A stretch of DNA of 64,000 nt from Roseinatronobacter sp. (GCA_046296275.1 JBKBLP010000007.1:33268-97267); one strand, 5' to 3'. Counted from the stretch's first letter, positions 30,580 through 41,285 are shown. Numbers and translations: made by a program. The notes: generated from the sequence alone by a model not told the origin.

Positions 30580-31752
30580 GGAAGGACTGATCAACACGTT
30601 CGGCAGCGCCGAGTTGGCGACCTGATCGTCTTTGCGGGCGCGAGGCCGGGTTCCGGGGTCGGGTTTCTCCGTTTCAGATCCGACAGACAGGCTGTTTTTC
30701 GGATTTCGAGCAGACTCGTCCCTCATGCCACACGCCTCCTTCGCACCAGGAACAGGTTGCCGAGCGCGAACAGCGTGCAGAGCTGGGCGCGGTTCTTGGC
30801 GAGGGCACGGTAACGGGCCTTCACGTGGCCGAACCGGCGCTAGATGATGCGGAAAGGATGCTCGACCTTGGCTCTGACCATGGCGATCAGGCGGTTGATA
30901 CGCGCGTCGAGGGGGTGCAGCGAACCGCCCTTCGGGGCCTTGCGCATGACGCCCCAGATCTTGCCCGGGCCCTTGAAGGCCGCCTCGCGTTCGATGCGGA
31001 CATAGCCCTTCTTGGCCTAGACCAACGTTTCATCGCCATGCAGACGCGCCTCCCAGACCTGGCTGTCATGGACCTTGGCGGTCGTGGTGTCGAGGCTATG
31101 GGTCACGCCGCTGTCCACATCCACGCCGATATGCGCCTTCATGCCGAAATACCAGTCGTTGCCCTTCCTGGTTGATGACATCTCGGGGTCGCGGGCCCCG
31201 ACCCTTTTCTTCGTCGAGGAGGGCGCGTCGATGATCGTGGCGTCCACCAACGTGCCCGCGTGCAGGGCGATCCCCTTGTCGGCCAGGTGCGCGTTGACGT
31301 CGGCGAAGATCGCCTCGGTCAGTCCGTGTCGCTCCAGCAGGTGGCGGAAGTTCAGGATCGTGGTCTCATCAGGGATGCGGTCGTCGCCCAGCTCGATCCC
31401 GGCAAAGCGGCGCATCGCCTCGCGATCGTAAAGGGTGTCCTCGGCCATCGGGTCGCTCAGCGCCTACCAATGCGGCAGGAAGTAGACCCGCAACATCGTC
31501 TCCAGCGGCATCGGCGGGCGCCCGCCCTTCGGTCCGGCCTTCGGGTAGTGCGGCGCGATCAGAGCCAGCAGCCGACCACAGGGCACCACCGCCTCCATCT
31601 CCGCCAGGAACTGCTCGCGCCGTGTCACCTTCTTCTTCATCGCATCGCGCAGGCCGGGAAAGGCGGGCTGTTTCGGCATTTGAAGGGCTTCTTGCACGGA
31701 TGCCCCCAGCCTACCAGATCATGCCGGAAACCGAAGGTTTTTCAGGCTTTCC
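30580..31752 (-). mobile_element. IS5-family (IS5 subgroup) insertion sequence, inactive
   Basis: 1173 bp; terminal IRs GGAAGGACTGATCAAC / GGAAAGCCTGAAAAAC (12/16); TTAA on one flank, TTTG on the other. Confidence 0.88.
30723..31679 (-). pseudogene. IS5 transposase pseudogene
   Basis: MPKQPAF...TRREQFLAEME, IPDETTILNFRHLLE, VDATII, WYFGMKAHIGVD, VEHPFRII; in-frame TAG stops at 31464, 31017 and 30840. Confidence 0.92.
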
Positions 31753-31875
31753 TTTGGTTATGACCCCTCTCAAGGCATTTGGTTCAGGCCATGCCCCAGA
31801 AACACGAGATGGCGCTGTACAGAAGGCCATCTGTGCAAGTTTAAAGATGTATTGCAAGCCCTGCTTTGGGCGCGC

Positions 31876-32877
31876 TTATCCCGCTTTTGCCATCGCGGCT
31901 GCCGTGTCCAGCATCCGGTTCGAGAAGCCCCATTCGTTGTCATACCACGACAACACGCGGACCATCCGGCCTTCGAGCACTTTGGTCTGGTCCAGATGGA
32001 AGATGGACGAGCGCGGATCGTGGTTGAAATCCATGCTCACATTGGGCTGATCGGTCACGCCCAAGATACCCTTCAGCGCCCCGGCGCTGGCTGCAGCCAC
32101 GACTGCGGCGTTGATTTCGTCGGCAGTCGTGTCGCGAGCGGCTTCAAAAGTCAGGTCCACGACCGAGACATTCGGTGTGGGCACGCGGATCGCGACACCA
32201 TCAAGCTTGCCCGCCAGTTCCGGCAGCACCAGCCCCACAGCCTTTGCCGCGCCCGTGGATGTCGGGATCATGCTCATCGCAGCGGCACGCGCGCGATACA
32301 TGTCCTTGTGCATCGTGTCGAGCGTGGGCTGGTCGCCTGTATAACTGTGGATCGTGGTCATGAAGCCGCGTGTGATGCCCACTGTGTCATGCAGCACTTT
32401 GGCGACGGGCGACAGGCAGTTGGTCGTGCACGATCCGTTCGACACGATCCGGTCGGCAGCGGTCAGCGTGTCGTGGTTCACGCCATACACAATCGTCTTG
32501 TCAGCCCCTGCGGAGGGGGCCGAAACCAGCACTTTGCCGGCCTTGCCCAGATGCACCTTGGCCTTCACGGCATCGGTGAAAATGCCCGTGCATTCGAGCA
32601 CGATGTCGATGTCGTCCCAAGGCAGGTTGGCGGGGTCACGCTCGGCCGTCACCTTGATGGGGCCACGGCCCACATCGATGGTGGTGTCGGTCGCGGTGAC
32701 ATCCGCTGGAAAGCGGCCATGCACCGAATCGAAACGCAGCAAATGCGCGTTGCTGGCCACCGGGCCAAGGTCGTTGATGGCGACGATTTCCAGATCGTCG
32801 CGGCCCTGTTCCACCAGCGCGCGCAGCACCAGCCGCCCGATACGGCCAAATCCGTTGATGGCAAGACGTGTGGTCAT
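31876..32877 (-). CDS. gap: type I glyceraldehyde-3-phosphate dehydrogenase
   Basis: AINGFGRIGR, SNGSCTTNCL, PTSTGAAKA, WYDNEWGFSNR. Confidence 0.97.
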   Translation of the reverse strand: MTTRLAINGFGRIGRLVLRALVEQGRDDLEIVAINDLGPVASNAHLLRFDSVHGRFPADVTATDTTIDVGRGPIKVTAERDPANLPWDDIDIVLECTGIFTDAVKAKVHLGKAGKVLVSAPSAGADKTIVYGVNHDTLTAADRIVSNGSCTTNCLSPVAKVLHDTVGITRGFMTTIHSYTGDQPTLDTMHKDMYRARAAAMSMIPTSTGAAKAVGLVLPELAGKLDGVAIRVPTPNVSVVDLTFEAARDTTADEINAAVVAAASAGALKGILGVTDQPNVSMDFNHDPRSSIFHLDQTKVLEGRMVRVLSWYDNEWGFSNRMLDTAAAMAKAG

Positions 32878-32960
32878 GGTCATTTCCCCCGTGGCGGTGT
32901 TCGCGCTAACATCTCGCGAGCGTGCTAGCACGCGACCTGACAAAGATCAAGCAAGCGTGC

Positions 32961-33329
32961 TCAGCATGTTGTGCAGCCTGCCTTGCGCGTGGGGGGCGTG
33001 ACAGGCTGGCCTGCACGCATGGCACCCATCATCCCGCCTTTGATATTGACCACAGGCGCGTCGATCTTGCCAGCAAGCAACTTCTGCGCTTGGGCGGAGC
33101 GCGCACCGGATGCGCAAATCAGCGCGACAGGCGTGTTCGGGTTGATATATGGGCGCAATGCGGACAGAAAACTGGGAAGGCCCGCAAAAGTGATCAACCG
33201 CGCGCCGGGCAGAACCCCGCTTTGCGCCCATTCGGCGGGGTTGCGAATATCGACAATCAGCGCCCCCGCTGCCTGTGCCTCGTAGAATGTCATGCTGTCA
33301 GCGTCCGATTTACTGAAAAGTCCAAACAT
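32961..33329 (-). CDS. single-domain rhodanese-like sulfurtransferase
   Basis: IVDIRNPAEW...G.LPGA, ICASGARS active-site loop, NIKGGM; AGGAG RBS. Confidence 0.88.
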   Translation of the reverse strand: MFGLFSKSDADSMTFYEAQAAGALIVDIRNPAEWAQSGVLPGARLITFAGLPSFLSALRPYINPNTPVALICASGARSAQAQKLLAGKIDAPVVNIKGGMMGAMRAGQPVTPPTRKAGCTTC

Positions 33330-33342
33330 CGCTGGTGCTCCT

Positions 33343-33384
33343 GCGCCCTATATACATTCTGTAATTCGAATGTGTATAGGGCGC
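33343..33384. promoter_or_regulatory. 17-bp-arm inverted repeat, SqrR/BigR(ArsR)-type operator candidate
   Basis: GCGCCCTATATACATTC-TGTAATTC-GAATGTGTATAGGGCGC (16/17), core ATTC-N8-GAAT, directly upstream of the rhodanese RBS. Confidence 0.65.
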
Positions 33385-33389
33385 AAGTC

Positions 33390-34061
33390 CTACTCGCGCG
33401 ATGCGCTCAAGGCTACCTTGCTTTTGCGCGACTCAGGATAGACCAGACCCGCCGAAATGATCAGCTTGGCCGTGTCCTCGATCCCCATATCCAACTCGAT
33501 CACATCCGAGCGCGGCACGATCAACAAGAATCCCGATGTCGGGTTCGGTGTCGTGGGCAGGAAAATCGAGAGCATCTCGCCATGCTCGGCCAACCGCTCG
33601 CCAATCTCGCCGCGTGTGGTGGTCGAGATGAAGGCCAACGCCCAAATGCCGGGGCGGGGATATTGCACAAGGCAAGCGCGGTCGAAGGTGGGGGTGTTGC
33701 GGGCCAGCACCGTGTCTGCGATCTGCTTCACAGCATTGTAGATGGTGCGCACGACGGGCATCGCCTCTACGATCCGCTCGCCCCAGCCGACGATAGTCCG
33801 ACCCACAAAGCCGCGTGTCAGATACCCCATGATCAGAGTGAAAATCACGAAGATCAGCACGCCCATGCCGGGAATGTCCGGGCTCAGATATTGGTGCGGA
33901 TGAAAGCGGGCCGGGATGAGCGGCAGCACTTTGCTGTCGATCCATGTAACGATGTTCCAGATCAGCCAGCCCGTGAGGATGCCGGGCGCGATGACGGCCA
34001 GCCCGGCAAGGAAGGTGTTGCGCAGGGATGCGAGGAAGCCGCGTTTAGGGTCTTGGCTCAT
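33390..34061 (-). CDS. DUF502 membrane protein
   Basis: FLAGLAVIAP, PVVRTIYNAVKQI, FLPTTPNPTSGFL, KLIISAGLV. Confidence 0.9.
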   Translation of the reverse strand: MSQDPKRGFLASLRNTFLAGLAVIAPGILTGWLIWNIVTWIDSKVLPLIPARFHPHQYLSPDIPGMGVLIFVIFTLIMGYLTRGFVGRTIVGWGERIVEAMPVVRTIYNAVKQIADTVLARNTPTFDRACLVQYPRPGIWALAFISTTTRGEIGERLAEHGEMLSIFLPTTPNPTSGFLLIVPRSDVIELDMGIEDTAKLIISAGLVYPESRKSKVALSASRE

Positions 34062-34109
34062 GTCAGGGTCCCAAGGGTTACCCCGCCTGACATGGATGAT
34101 GCAGACCGC

Positions 34110-35027
34110 TTATACAAGCGCCTTCGCTATCGCCGCGCCAAGGCGCGCATTGTTTCGCACCAGCGCGATATTGGCGCGCAGGGATGCGCCCTCGGTCAGC
34201 TCGAAAATGCGGCGCAGCAGGAAGGGCGTGACAGCTTTAGCAGTGATGGATTGCGCCTCTGCCTCGGCCAACGCCTGCGCGATGAGGGGGGCCAGCGTCG
34301 CGTGCGGGATTTCATCTGCCACCGGGATGGGATTGGCCACCAACTGCCCCCCCGGCAGGCGCAAAGCCGCGCGCATGTGATGGGCGCGGGCGATCAGGCG
34401 CGCGTCATCCATCCGCAACGGCGCTTTCAGCCCGATATCGCGTGACCAGAAGGCAGGCAGCGCGTCTTGGCCATGGGCGATCACAGGCACGCCCAAGGTT
34501 TCCAGCACTTCCAGTGTCTTGGGCAGATCCAGAATAGCTTTCGCGCCAGCGGCCACCACGGTCACAGGCGTCTGTGCAAGCTCTTGCAAGTCGGCGGAAA
34601 TGTCAAAACTGGTTTCCGCGCCGCGATGCACACCGCCGATCCCGCCTGTGGCAAAGACTTCGATCCCGGCCAGATGCGCGCAGATCATGGTGGCGGCGAC
34701 GGTCGTTGCCCCAGTGGCCCCTGTCGTCAAGGCCACGGCCAGATCGGCGCGCGACAGTTTCAGGGCGTCCGGCGTCTGCGCCAGACGCTCCAGCCGCGCC
34801 CGGTCAAGCCCGACTTGGATCGCGCCATCCATCACGGCAATCGTGGCCGGGATTGCGCCTGCGTCGCGAGTATCCTGCTCGACCTGTTCGGCCATCGCCA
34901 AATTCTGCGGCCATGGCATGCCATGCGTGATGATCGTAGATTCGAGCGCCACGATGGGCAGACCGCGCGCGCGGGCGTCAGCAACCTCGGGGGCGTAGGT
35001 TAAGGGTGCAGAAACGGGGGCGGTCAA
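34110..35027 (-). CDS. psuG: pseudouridine-5'-phosphate glycosidase
   Basis: VALESTIITHGMP, GATTVAATM, FATGGIGGVHRG, DISADL, GAKAILD. Confidence 0.95.
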   Translation of the reverse strand: MTAPVSAPLTYAPEVADARARGLPIVALESTIITHGMPWPQNLAMAEQVEQDTRDAGAIPATIAVMDGAIQVGLDRARLERLAQTPDALKLSRADLAVALTTGATGATTVAATMICAHLAGIEVFATGGIGGVHRGAETSFDISADLQELAQTPVTVVAAGAKAILDLPKTLEVLETLGVPVIAHGQDALPAFWSRDIGLKAPLRMDDARLIARAHHMRAALRLPGGQLVANPIPVADEIPHATLAPLIAQALAEAEAQSITAKAVTPFLLRRIFELTEGASLRANIALVRNNARLGAAIAKALV

Positions 35028-35917
35028 ATCTCTGGTCCTCCTGCAACGTAATCGGCGGCGGCAAGAAGCGCTTGCGCGAGCGCCGCGCCGCGGTCCATCC
35101 CTCGCGCTTCGGCCGCGATATGGGCCGCCATGAACGTATCACCCGCGCCCGTGACGCGCGCCACCTGCACCTGACGTGGCGCAAGCGTCAGCACATCCGC
35201 ACCATCGGCATCCGATGTATCGCGCGCGCCATCTGTCACCAGCACGCGCGCCGCCCCCCGCGCGATCAGCGCGCGCGCGGCATCGGCGCTGTGGGTATGC
35301 GTCTGGCCCGTGAGCAGACAGGCTTCCTCAAGATTGACATAAAGCGTTGTGCCGGCCCGCCGCACCAAGGGCAAAAGCCGCTCCCCCTTGCCGGGCGAGG
35401 CCGGGGCCACCCGCAAATCCGCCTGCCTAAAGAGCGGCGAGGTCGCGATCCGCGCCAGCAAACCCACTGTCAGGTTCCCATCCAGTGCCACCAGCCCGCG
35501 CCATGGGGCCGCATCAGACCCCAGCCTGCCATCGGCCAAAGGTGTCAGGATCTTCTCGCCCGCTGCTTCCAGTGAATGTGCATCTGCAATGGCAGCGATC
35601 AGGCCATTTGCCCCCTCGATCGCCATGTAGGTATCTGTGGGCAAATCGTCCGAGCGATACAGATGCGCCGTGTCGATCCCGCGCGCCTCCATCTCGGCCA
35701 TCAGGGACTGGCCACTCGCGTCCCGCCCGACAGCCCCGAGAACCGCAGGCCGCATCCCGAACCGCGCGAGCGCCATGGCAATATTCAGTGCCACACCCCC
35801 CGGAATGCGCGTGATCCGCCCCGGCACGTCCGAACCCACGCGCATCTGCGCAGGCGCGCGCCCGATAATGTCCCAGAGCGCGGCCCCGATGCACAAGATA
35901 TTTGGCTGTTCTGTCAT
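35024..35917 (-). CDS. psuK: PfkB family kinase, probable pseudouridine kinase
   Basis: PGGVALNIA and VTGAGDTF PfkB signatures; overlaps psuG (the symbol rests on context). Confidence 0.8.
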   Translation of the reverse strand: MTEQPNILCIGAALWDIIGRAPAQMRVGSDVPGRITRIPGGVALNIAMALARFGMRPAVLGAVGRDASGQSLMAEMEARGIDTAHLYRSDDLPTDTYMAIEGANGLIAAIADAHSLEAAGEKILTPLADGRLGSDAAPWRGLVALDGNLTVGLLARIATSPLFRQADLRVAPASPGKGERLLPLVRRAGTTLYVNLEEACLLTGQTHTHSADAARALIARGAARVLVTDGARDTSDADGADVLTLAPRQVQVARVTGAGDTFMAAHIAAEARGMDRGAALAQALLAAADYVAGGPEI

Positions 35918-35980
35918 GCCCTTGTCAAAGCGCATCGCGCGCGCGCTGGCAAGCGGGGTTTGTGCCTGCTACGAGGGGAC

Positions 35981-36415
35981 ATGACAGGTTTGCTGGATGA
36001 TTTGTCCGAACGGCTACTCACGCATTTCGTTGGCGGGGCGTGGCGCGCACCTTTTTCGACCTGCGCGGTACCCCTGCCCGGGCGCGCGGGCGTGCTTGGG
36101 CAGGTGGTTCTGGCAGGACCGCAGGATCTGGCGCGCGCGCACACCGCGCGGCGGGCAGTTGATCCCGAAGATTGGGGCGCTCTGGACCGGGCTATGCACG
36201 CCAGCGCTCGATCACTTGCTCTGGAACTGTGCCAGATAGGTTTTCCCTGCGATCAGCGCGACTTGCGCAAGGTGCCCGCCCACCTGCGCGAACCGATATG
36301 GCACTGGAAGCCAAGCCCCGCAGAGCTGCTTCACGCCATCGCCACAGCCCGGCTCGCGCAACAGGTGGGCTTTCCCCCCGGTGCGCTGGCCGTGCTGCCT
36401 GTGGCGATCAGATGA
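35981..36415 (+). CDS. hypothetical protein resembling truncated aldehyde dehydrogenase segments
   Basis: ATG at 35981 after GAGGGG; HFVGGAW, GQVVLAGPQDLARA, WKPS...GFPPGALAVL. Confidence 0.5.
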   Translation: MTGLLDDLSERLLTHFVGGAWRAPFSTCAVPLPGRAGVLGQVVLAGPQDLARAHTARRAVDPEDWGALDRAMHASARSLALELCQIGFPCDQRDLRKVPAHLREPIWHWKPSPAELLHAIATARLAQQVGFPPGALAVLPVAIR

Positions 36416-36620
36416 AGCGCGACCCCCAGACACGCTGCGGAATGTCGGCGCGTGTCATGCCCAGTTTTGCAAGTTCTGCATCGGTCATCGCTGCCAGACG
36501 CTGGGCTTGCTGATATTTCGGATTTGCTTCTGCCACGCGTACCAGCGTGTGCAACAGCGATGCGCCAAGACGCGCCAGAACATTGGTGCGCGGAGCAGTG
36601 TTTGTCGTGATACTTGCCAT
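36408..36620 (-). CDS. DUF1127 small protein
   Basis: LAAMTDAELAKLGMTRADI motif; start at MASIT. Confidence 0.8.
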   Translation of the reverse strand: MASITTNTAPRTNVLARLGASLLHTLVRVAEANPKYQQAQRLAAMTDAELAKLGMTRADIPQRVWGSRFI

Positions 36621-36787
36621 TTGGAAACCCTTTCGGTGGTCGGAGTTTCCTCCCTGCCCAGCAAGATAGGTCAGGCTTGCTGGCGTAACCAGAGCCAAAG
36701 CCGAAACCCCGCCTTGCAAAAAACGCAAGGCTCGCGCGCTTAAAAATCCTGAACCAATCAGCGCCATAGTCAGAGTTCCGCGAAAAA

Positions 36788-36833
36788 GTTCTGGTTTTGT
36801 TCATCATTTCGCGCTACAGAACATTAGTCGAAC
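36788..36833 (+). promoter_or_regulatory. two alphaproteobacterial LexA (SOS) boxes upstream of recA
   Basis: GTTC-tggtttt-GTTC (36788-36802) and GAAC-attagtc-GAAC (36819-36833). Confidence 0.88.
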
Positions 36834-36881
36834 AACCTGGCGATTGCTGCTTGCGGCGCGCTGTGAAATAAGGGGGCAAAC

Positions 36882-37949
36882 ATGGCAGTGGTGGATTTGT
36901 TGACGATGACGGACAAGCGGAGCGCAGACAAACAAAAGGCACTCGATTCGGCGCTTGCGCAGATCGAGCGGCAATTCGGCAAAGGCTCGATCATGCGGCT
37001 CGGTGTGAACAGCCCCGTGATGGAGATTGAAGCGACCTCGACAGGCTCACTCGGTCTGGACATTGCTCTGGGAATCGGCGGGCTGCCCAAAGGGCGGATC
37101 ATCGAAATTTATGGCCCGGAATCGTCGGGCAAGACGACACTGACGCTGCATGTCGTGGCCGAAGAGCAGAAAAAGGGTGGCATCTGCGCCTTTGTGGATG
37201 CTGAACACGCGCTTGACCCGCAATATGCCAAGAAACTGGGCGTCAATCTGGACGAGCTGCTGATCTCGCAGCCCGACACAGGTGAACAGGCGCTGGAAAT
37301 TGTCGATACGCTCGTGCGCTCCGGCGCTGTGTCGCTTGTCGTGGTCGATTCGGTTGCCGCGCTCACGCCCAAGGCTGAACTCGAAGGTGACATGGGCGAC
37401 AGCAATGTGGGCGTCCATGCCCGGCTGATGAGCCAGGCCATGCGCAAACTGACTGGCTCGATCAGCCGCAGCAATTGCATGGTGATCTTCATCAACCAGA
37501 TCCGCATGAAGATTGGCGTGATGTTCGGCTCGCCCGAAACCACGACCGGGGGGAATGCGTTGAAATTCTACGCGTCAGTGCGGCTCGATATCCGGCGCAC
37601 CGGAGCGATCAAGGACCGCGAAGAAGTCGTGGGCAACCAGACCCGCGTGAAAGTGGTCAAGAACAAAGTGGCGCCACCTTTCAAGCAGGTGGAATTCGAC
37701 ATCATGTATGGAGAAGGGATTTCCAAGACGGGGGAATTGCTCGATCTTGGGGTGAAAGCGGGTGTCGTGGAAAAGTCCGGCGCGTGGTATTCCTACGGCG
37801 ATGAACGCATTGGGCAGGGGCGGGAGAACGCTAAAACTTTCTTGCGGGAAAACCCGCAGCGCGCGCATGAAATCGAAGACAAGATCCGCGCCGCGCATGG
37901 TCTGGATTTCGGGATGTCCGAGAACGATCCTGACGTGTTGGAGGACTGA
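36882..37949 (+). CDS. recA: recombinase A
   Basis: [39 protein letters not shown]. Confidence 0.99.
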   Translation: MAVVDLLTMTDKRSADKQKALDSALAQIERQFGKGSIMRLGVNSPVMEIEATSTGSLGLDIALGIGGLPKGRIIEIYGPESSGKTTLTLHVVAEEQKKGGICAFVDAEHALDPQYAKKLGVNLDELLISQPDTGEQALEIVDTLVRSGAVSLVVVDSVAALTPKAELEGDMGDSNVGVHARLMSQAMRKLTGSISRSNCMVIFINQIRMKIGVMFGSPETTTGGNALKFYASVRLDIRRTGAIKDREEVVGNQTRVKVVKNKVAPPFKQVEFDIMYGEGISKTGELLDLGVKAGVVEKSGAWYSYGDERIGQGRENAKTFLRENPQRAHEIEDKIRAAHGLDFGMSENDPDVLED

Positions 37950-38035
37950 GTCCGCCTTGGGTGTGGACAGCCCCAATGTGCGGGGATAAACGGGGGTGTG
38001 AATGACCAAGCCCCTGACGCGCCGGAGTTTCCCAA

Positions 38036-40690
38036 ATGGCCAGCCTGAACGACATCCGCTCGACTTTCTTGGACTTTTTCGCCCGCAATGGCCACGCGGT
38101 CGTGGACAGCTCGCCCCTCGTGCCGCGAAACGATCCGACGCTGATGTTCACCAATTCGGGCATGGTGCAGTTCAAGAACGTATTCACGGGGCTGGAGCAT
38201 CGCGACTATAACCGCGCGACCACAGCGCAGAAATGTGTCCGCGCGGGCGGTAAGCATAACGATCTCGACAATGTTGGCTACACGGCGCGTCACCACACAT
38301 TCTTTGAAATGCTGGGGAATTTCAGCTTCGGCAATTACTTCAAGTCCGAGGCGATCCCCTTTGCTTGGGAATTGCTGACCAAGGATTTCGACATTCCCAA
38401 AGACCGGCTGCTGGTCACAGTCTATCACACGGATGATGAAGCAGCGGCCATCTGGACGAAAGTCGTGGGTCTGTCAGAGCACCGCATCATCCGCATTCCG
38501 ACCGACGATAACTTCTGGCGCATGGGTCCGACTGGACCCTGCGGGCCCTGCACTGAGATTTTTTTCGATCATGGCGACCACATCTGGGGTGGCCCACCCG
38601 GCTCGCCCGAGGAAGATGGGGATCGCTTCATCGAAATCTGGAACCTTGTTTTCATGCAAAATGAGCAGCATGCCGATGGCAGCCTGACCAACCTGCCGCG
38701 TCAGTCGATTGACACAGGCATGGGACTGGAACGGATCGGCGCGCTGCTGCAAGGTAAACACGACAATTACGACACCGACGTCATGCGCGGCCTGATCGAG
38801 GCGTCGGCAAACGCAACCTCCAGCGACCCGGATGGCCCTGGCAAAATTCATCATCGCGTTATCGCCGATCACTTGCGCGCAACCTCTTTCCTGATTGCTG
38901 ATGGTGTGATGCCCAGCAATGACGGGCGCGGCTATGTTCTGCGCCGGATCATGCGTCGCGCAATGCGCCATGCGCATATGTTGGGCGCGCAAGACCCGGT
39001 CATGCATCGCCTTGTGCCCGCGCTGGTGACTGCGATGGGTGGCCATTACAGCGAGTTGCGGGCGGCCCAGGCGCTCATCACGGAAACGCTGCGTGCCGAA
39101 GAAACGCGTTTCCGTCAGACTTTGGACCGGGGGCTGAAACTGCTCGATGCGGAAGTTGCAGGCTTGCCCGAGGGGGCAGCTTTGTCGGGCGAGGCGGCGT
39201 TCAAGCTTTATGACACATATGGTTTCCCTCTCGATCTGACACAGGACGCGTTGCGCGAACGCGGACGCAAAGTAGATACTGACGGGTTCGATGCTGCCAT
39301 GGCCGAACAGAAGGCGCGTGCGCGTGCCGCATGGGCCGGGTCGGGAGAGGCCGCACAATCGACCATCTGGTTCACTTTGTCTGATAAATTCGGGGCAACC
39401 GAGTTTCTGGGCTATGACATGGAAGCCGCCGAAGGGCAGGTCTTGGCGCTTGTTGTAGACGGGGCCGAGGTGGCGCAGGCCAGCGCAGACGTGACGATCT
39501 TGACCAACCAGACCCCGTTTTATGCCGAATCGGGCGGGCAGGTTGGCGATACCGGGCTGATCCGGTCGGCGACCGGGACAGCGGAAGTCACGGACACGCG
39601 CAAGGCCAATGGACTGTTTTTGCATATTGCCCGCGTAAGCGAAGGGCAGATTTCCACAGGCCAGCCTGTCAAGATGGAAGTCAGCCATGCGCGTCGTGCA
39701 GCGATCAGGGCCAATCACTCGGCCACACATTTGTTGCATGAAGCGCTGCGCCGGGCTCTCGGCACGCATGTCGCGCAGAAAGGGTCGTTGAATGCCGCTG
39801 ATCGGTTGCGTTTCGATTTCAGCCATGGTGCAGCGGTTGCTGCGGACCAGCTTGCAGCGGTCGAAGCGGAGGTCAACGCGTTCATCCGGCAAAACACGCG
39901 GGTGGAGACCCGACTGATGACCCCGGACGACGCCCGCGCCATCGGGGCGCAGGCGTTGTTTGGCGAAAAATATGGGGATGAAGTCCGCGTGGTTTCCATG
40001 GGCCATCTGACCGGGTCCGGCAAAGGTGCGGATGGGGCGACCTATTCGCTGGAATTGTGCGGGGGCACGCATGTCGCGCGGACGGGCGATATAGGGGCTT
40101 GTGTCATTTTGGGCGAAGCTGCGTCCTCGGCTGGGGTGCGGCGGGTCGAAGCGTTGACAGGTCAGCCTGCCATTGACCATCTGCGCGCGCAGGATTTGCG
40201 GTTGTCCAGCCTTGCGGCGTTGTTGAAGGTTCCTGTGGCGGAAGTGGGCGAGCGGGTGAAAGCGCTGCTGGAAGAAAAGCGTGCGGCGTCAAATGAGATC
40301 GCGCAACTGAAGCGGCAAGTTGCGATGGGCGGCAGTGGTACCGAGGCCCCCCGTGACGTTGCAGGCGTGAAGGTCATCGCGCGGGTGGTGGGCGGGGTCG
40401 CGGGCAAGGAATTGCCAGCCTTGATCGACGCGATGAAAGCTCAGCTTGGCTCGGGCGTGGTTGTCTTGGTGGCCGAGAGCGGGGGCAAGCCCACAGTTGC
40501 GGCCGGCGTGACAGCGGATTTGACTGCGCGCCTGTCAGCGGTGGATCTGGTGCGTGCAGCCGTTGCCGAATTGGGCGGCAAGGGCGGAGGTGGACGGCCA
40601 GAACTGGCCCAGGGTGGCGGCGCTGACCCGTCGCGTGCGGATGCGGCACTGGCCGCAGCAATCGCGCTGATTGAAGGGAGCACAGTATGA
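38036..40690 (+). CDS. alaS: alanine--tRNA ligase
   Basis: [47 protein letters not shown]. Confidence 0.99.
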   Translation: MASLNDIRSTFLDFFARNGHAVVDSSPLVPRNDPTLMFTNSGMVQFKNVFTGLEHRDYNRATTAQKCVRAGGKHNDLDNVGYTARHHTFFEMLGNFSFGNYFKSEAIPFAWELLTKDFDIPKDRLLVTVYHTDDEAAAIWTKVVGLSEHRIIRIPTDDNFWRMGPTGPCGPCTEIFFDHGDHIWGGPPGSPEEDGDRFIEIWNLVFMQNEQHADGSLTNLPRQSIDTGMGLERIGALLQGKHDNYDTDVMRGLIEASANATSSDPDGPGKIHHRVIADHLRATSFLIADGVMPSNDGRGYVLRRIMRRAMRHAHMLGAQDPVMHRLVPALVTAMGGHYSELRAAQALITETLRAEETRFRQTLDRGLKLLDAEVAGLPEGAALSGEAAFKLYDTYGFPLDLTQDALRERGRKVDTDGFDAAMAEQKARARAAWAGSGEAAQSTIWFTLSDKFGATEFLGYDMEAAEGQVLALVVDGAEVAQASADVTILTNQTPFYAESGGQVGDTGLIRSATGTAEVTDTRKANGLFLHIARVSEGQISTGQPVKMEVSHARRAAIRANHSATHLLHEALRRALGTHVAQKGSLNAADRLRFDFSHGAAVAADQLAAVEAEVNAFIRQNTRVETRLMTPDDARAIGAQALFGEKYGDEVRVVSMGHLTGSGKGADGATYSLELCGGTHVARTGDIGACVILGEAASSAGVRRVEALTGQPAIDHLRAQDLRLSSLAALLKVPVAEVGERVKALLEEKRAASNEIAQLKRQVAMGGSGTEAPRDVAGVKVIARVVGGVAGKELPALIDAMKAQLGSGVVVLVAESGGKPTVAAGVTADLTARLSAVDLVRAAVAELGGKGGGGRPELAQGGGADPSRADAALAAAIALIEGSTV

Positions 40691-40980
40691 CCACCGCGCT
40701 TTGGATTGCCCATGTCGAAGTGACCGACCCAGTAGCCTATGGCGACTATGCCAGCCGTGCGACGACGGCGATCGCGGCGCATGGTGGTGTGTTTCTGGCC
40801 CGCGCAGGGCGCTATGTGCAGCTCGAAGGGCGGGACCGGGCGCGAAATGTCGTCGCGCGTTTTCCGTCATTGGAGGCGGCGGTGGCCTGCTATAACTCCC
40901 CCGCCTATCAGGAAGCACTGAGTTTCGCCAAGAACGCGGCGATCCGCGATCTGGTTGTGGTGGAGGAAGTCGCGCCCTGA
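40687..40980 (+). CDS. DUF1330 family protein
   Basis: [10 protein letters not shown]...LEG...[17 protein letters not shown]; coupled to alaS. Confidence 0.88.
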   Translation: MTTALWIAHVEVTDPVAYGDYASRATTAIAAHGGVFLARAGRYVQLEGRDRARNVVARFPSLEAAVACYNSPAYQEALSFAKNAAIRDLVVVEEVAP

Positions 40981-40985
40981 TCGGG

Positions 40986-41285
40986 TCAGTGCAAGCGCAG
41001 GTCGCGGCGTGTGAAGCGCCCGACCTCGAATTCACCGACGACATTGCGCCATTCACCCGGCGCTAGCTGTTTGCGGTGGGTGAATCGAACTGAATGCAGC
41101 GGGCCATCGAGCTTGTTGTGCCAAAACTCGATAAAGTCGAACAGGCGCGGGTAATCCGGGGCCAAGTCATAGTCCTGCCAGATGAAAGCATTCAGCACAT
41201 TTCGATGATCCGGCATCCGGTAGAGCATTTCAGCGGTGGTCAAGCCGTAGCCCTTCAGCATCAATTCAACGGGGGATGTCGCCAT
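40986..41285 (-). CDS. usg: Usg family protein
   Basis: GYGLTTAEMLYRMPDH...WQDYDLAPDYP.L..F..FW...LDGPLHSV. Confidence 0.9.
   Translation of the reverse strand: MATSPVELMLKGYGLTTAEMLYRMPDHRNVLNAFIWQDYDLAPDYPRLFDFIEFWHNKLDGPLHSVRFTHRKQLAPGEWRNVVGEFEVGRFTRRDLRLH

Noticed and set aside
30723-31679. All three transposase stops are TAG, suggesting amber read-through or recoding
   Set aside because: Each is one substitution from the expected Tyr, Trp or Lys codon, and TAG is used as a normal stop elsewhere in the window; ordinary decay is simpler.
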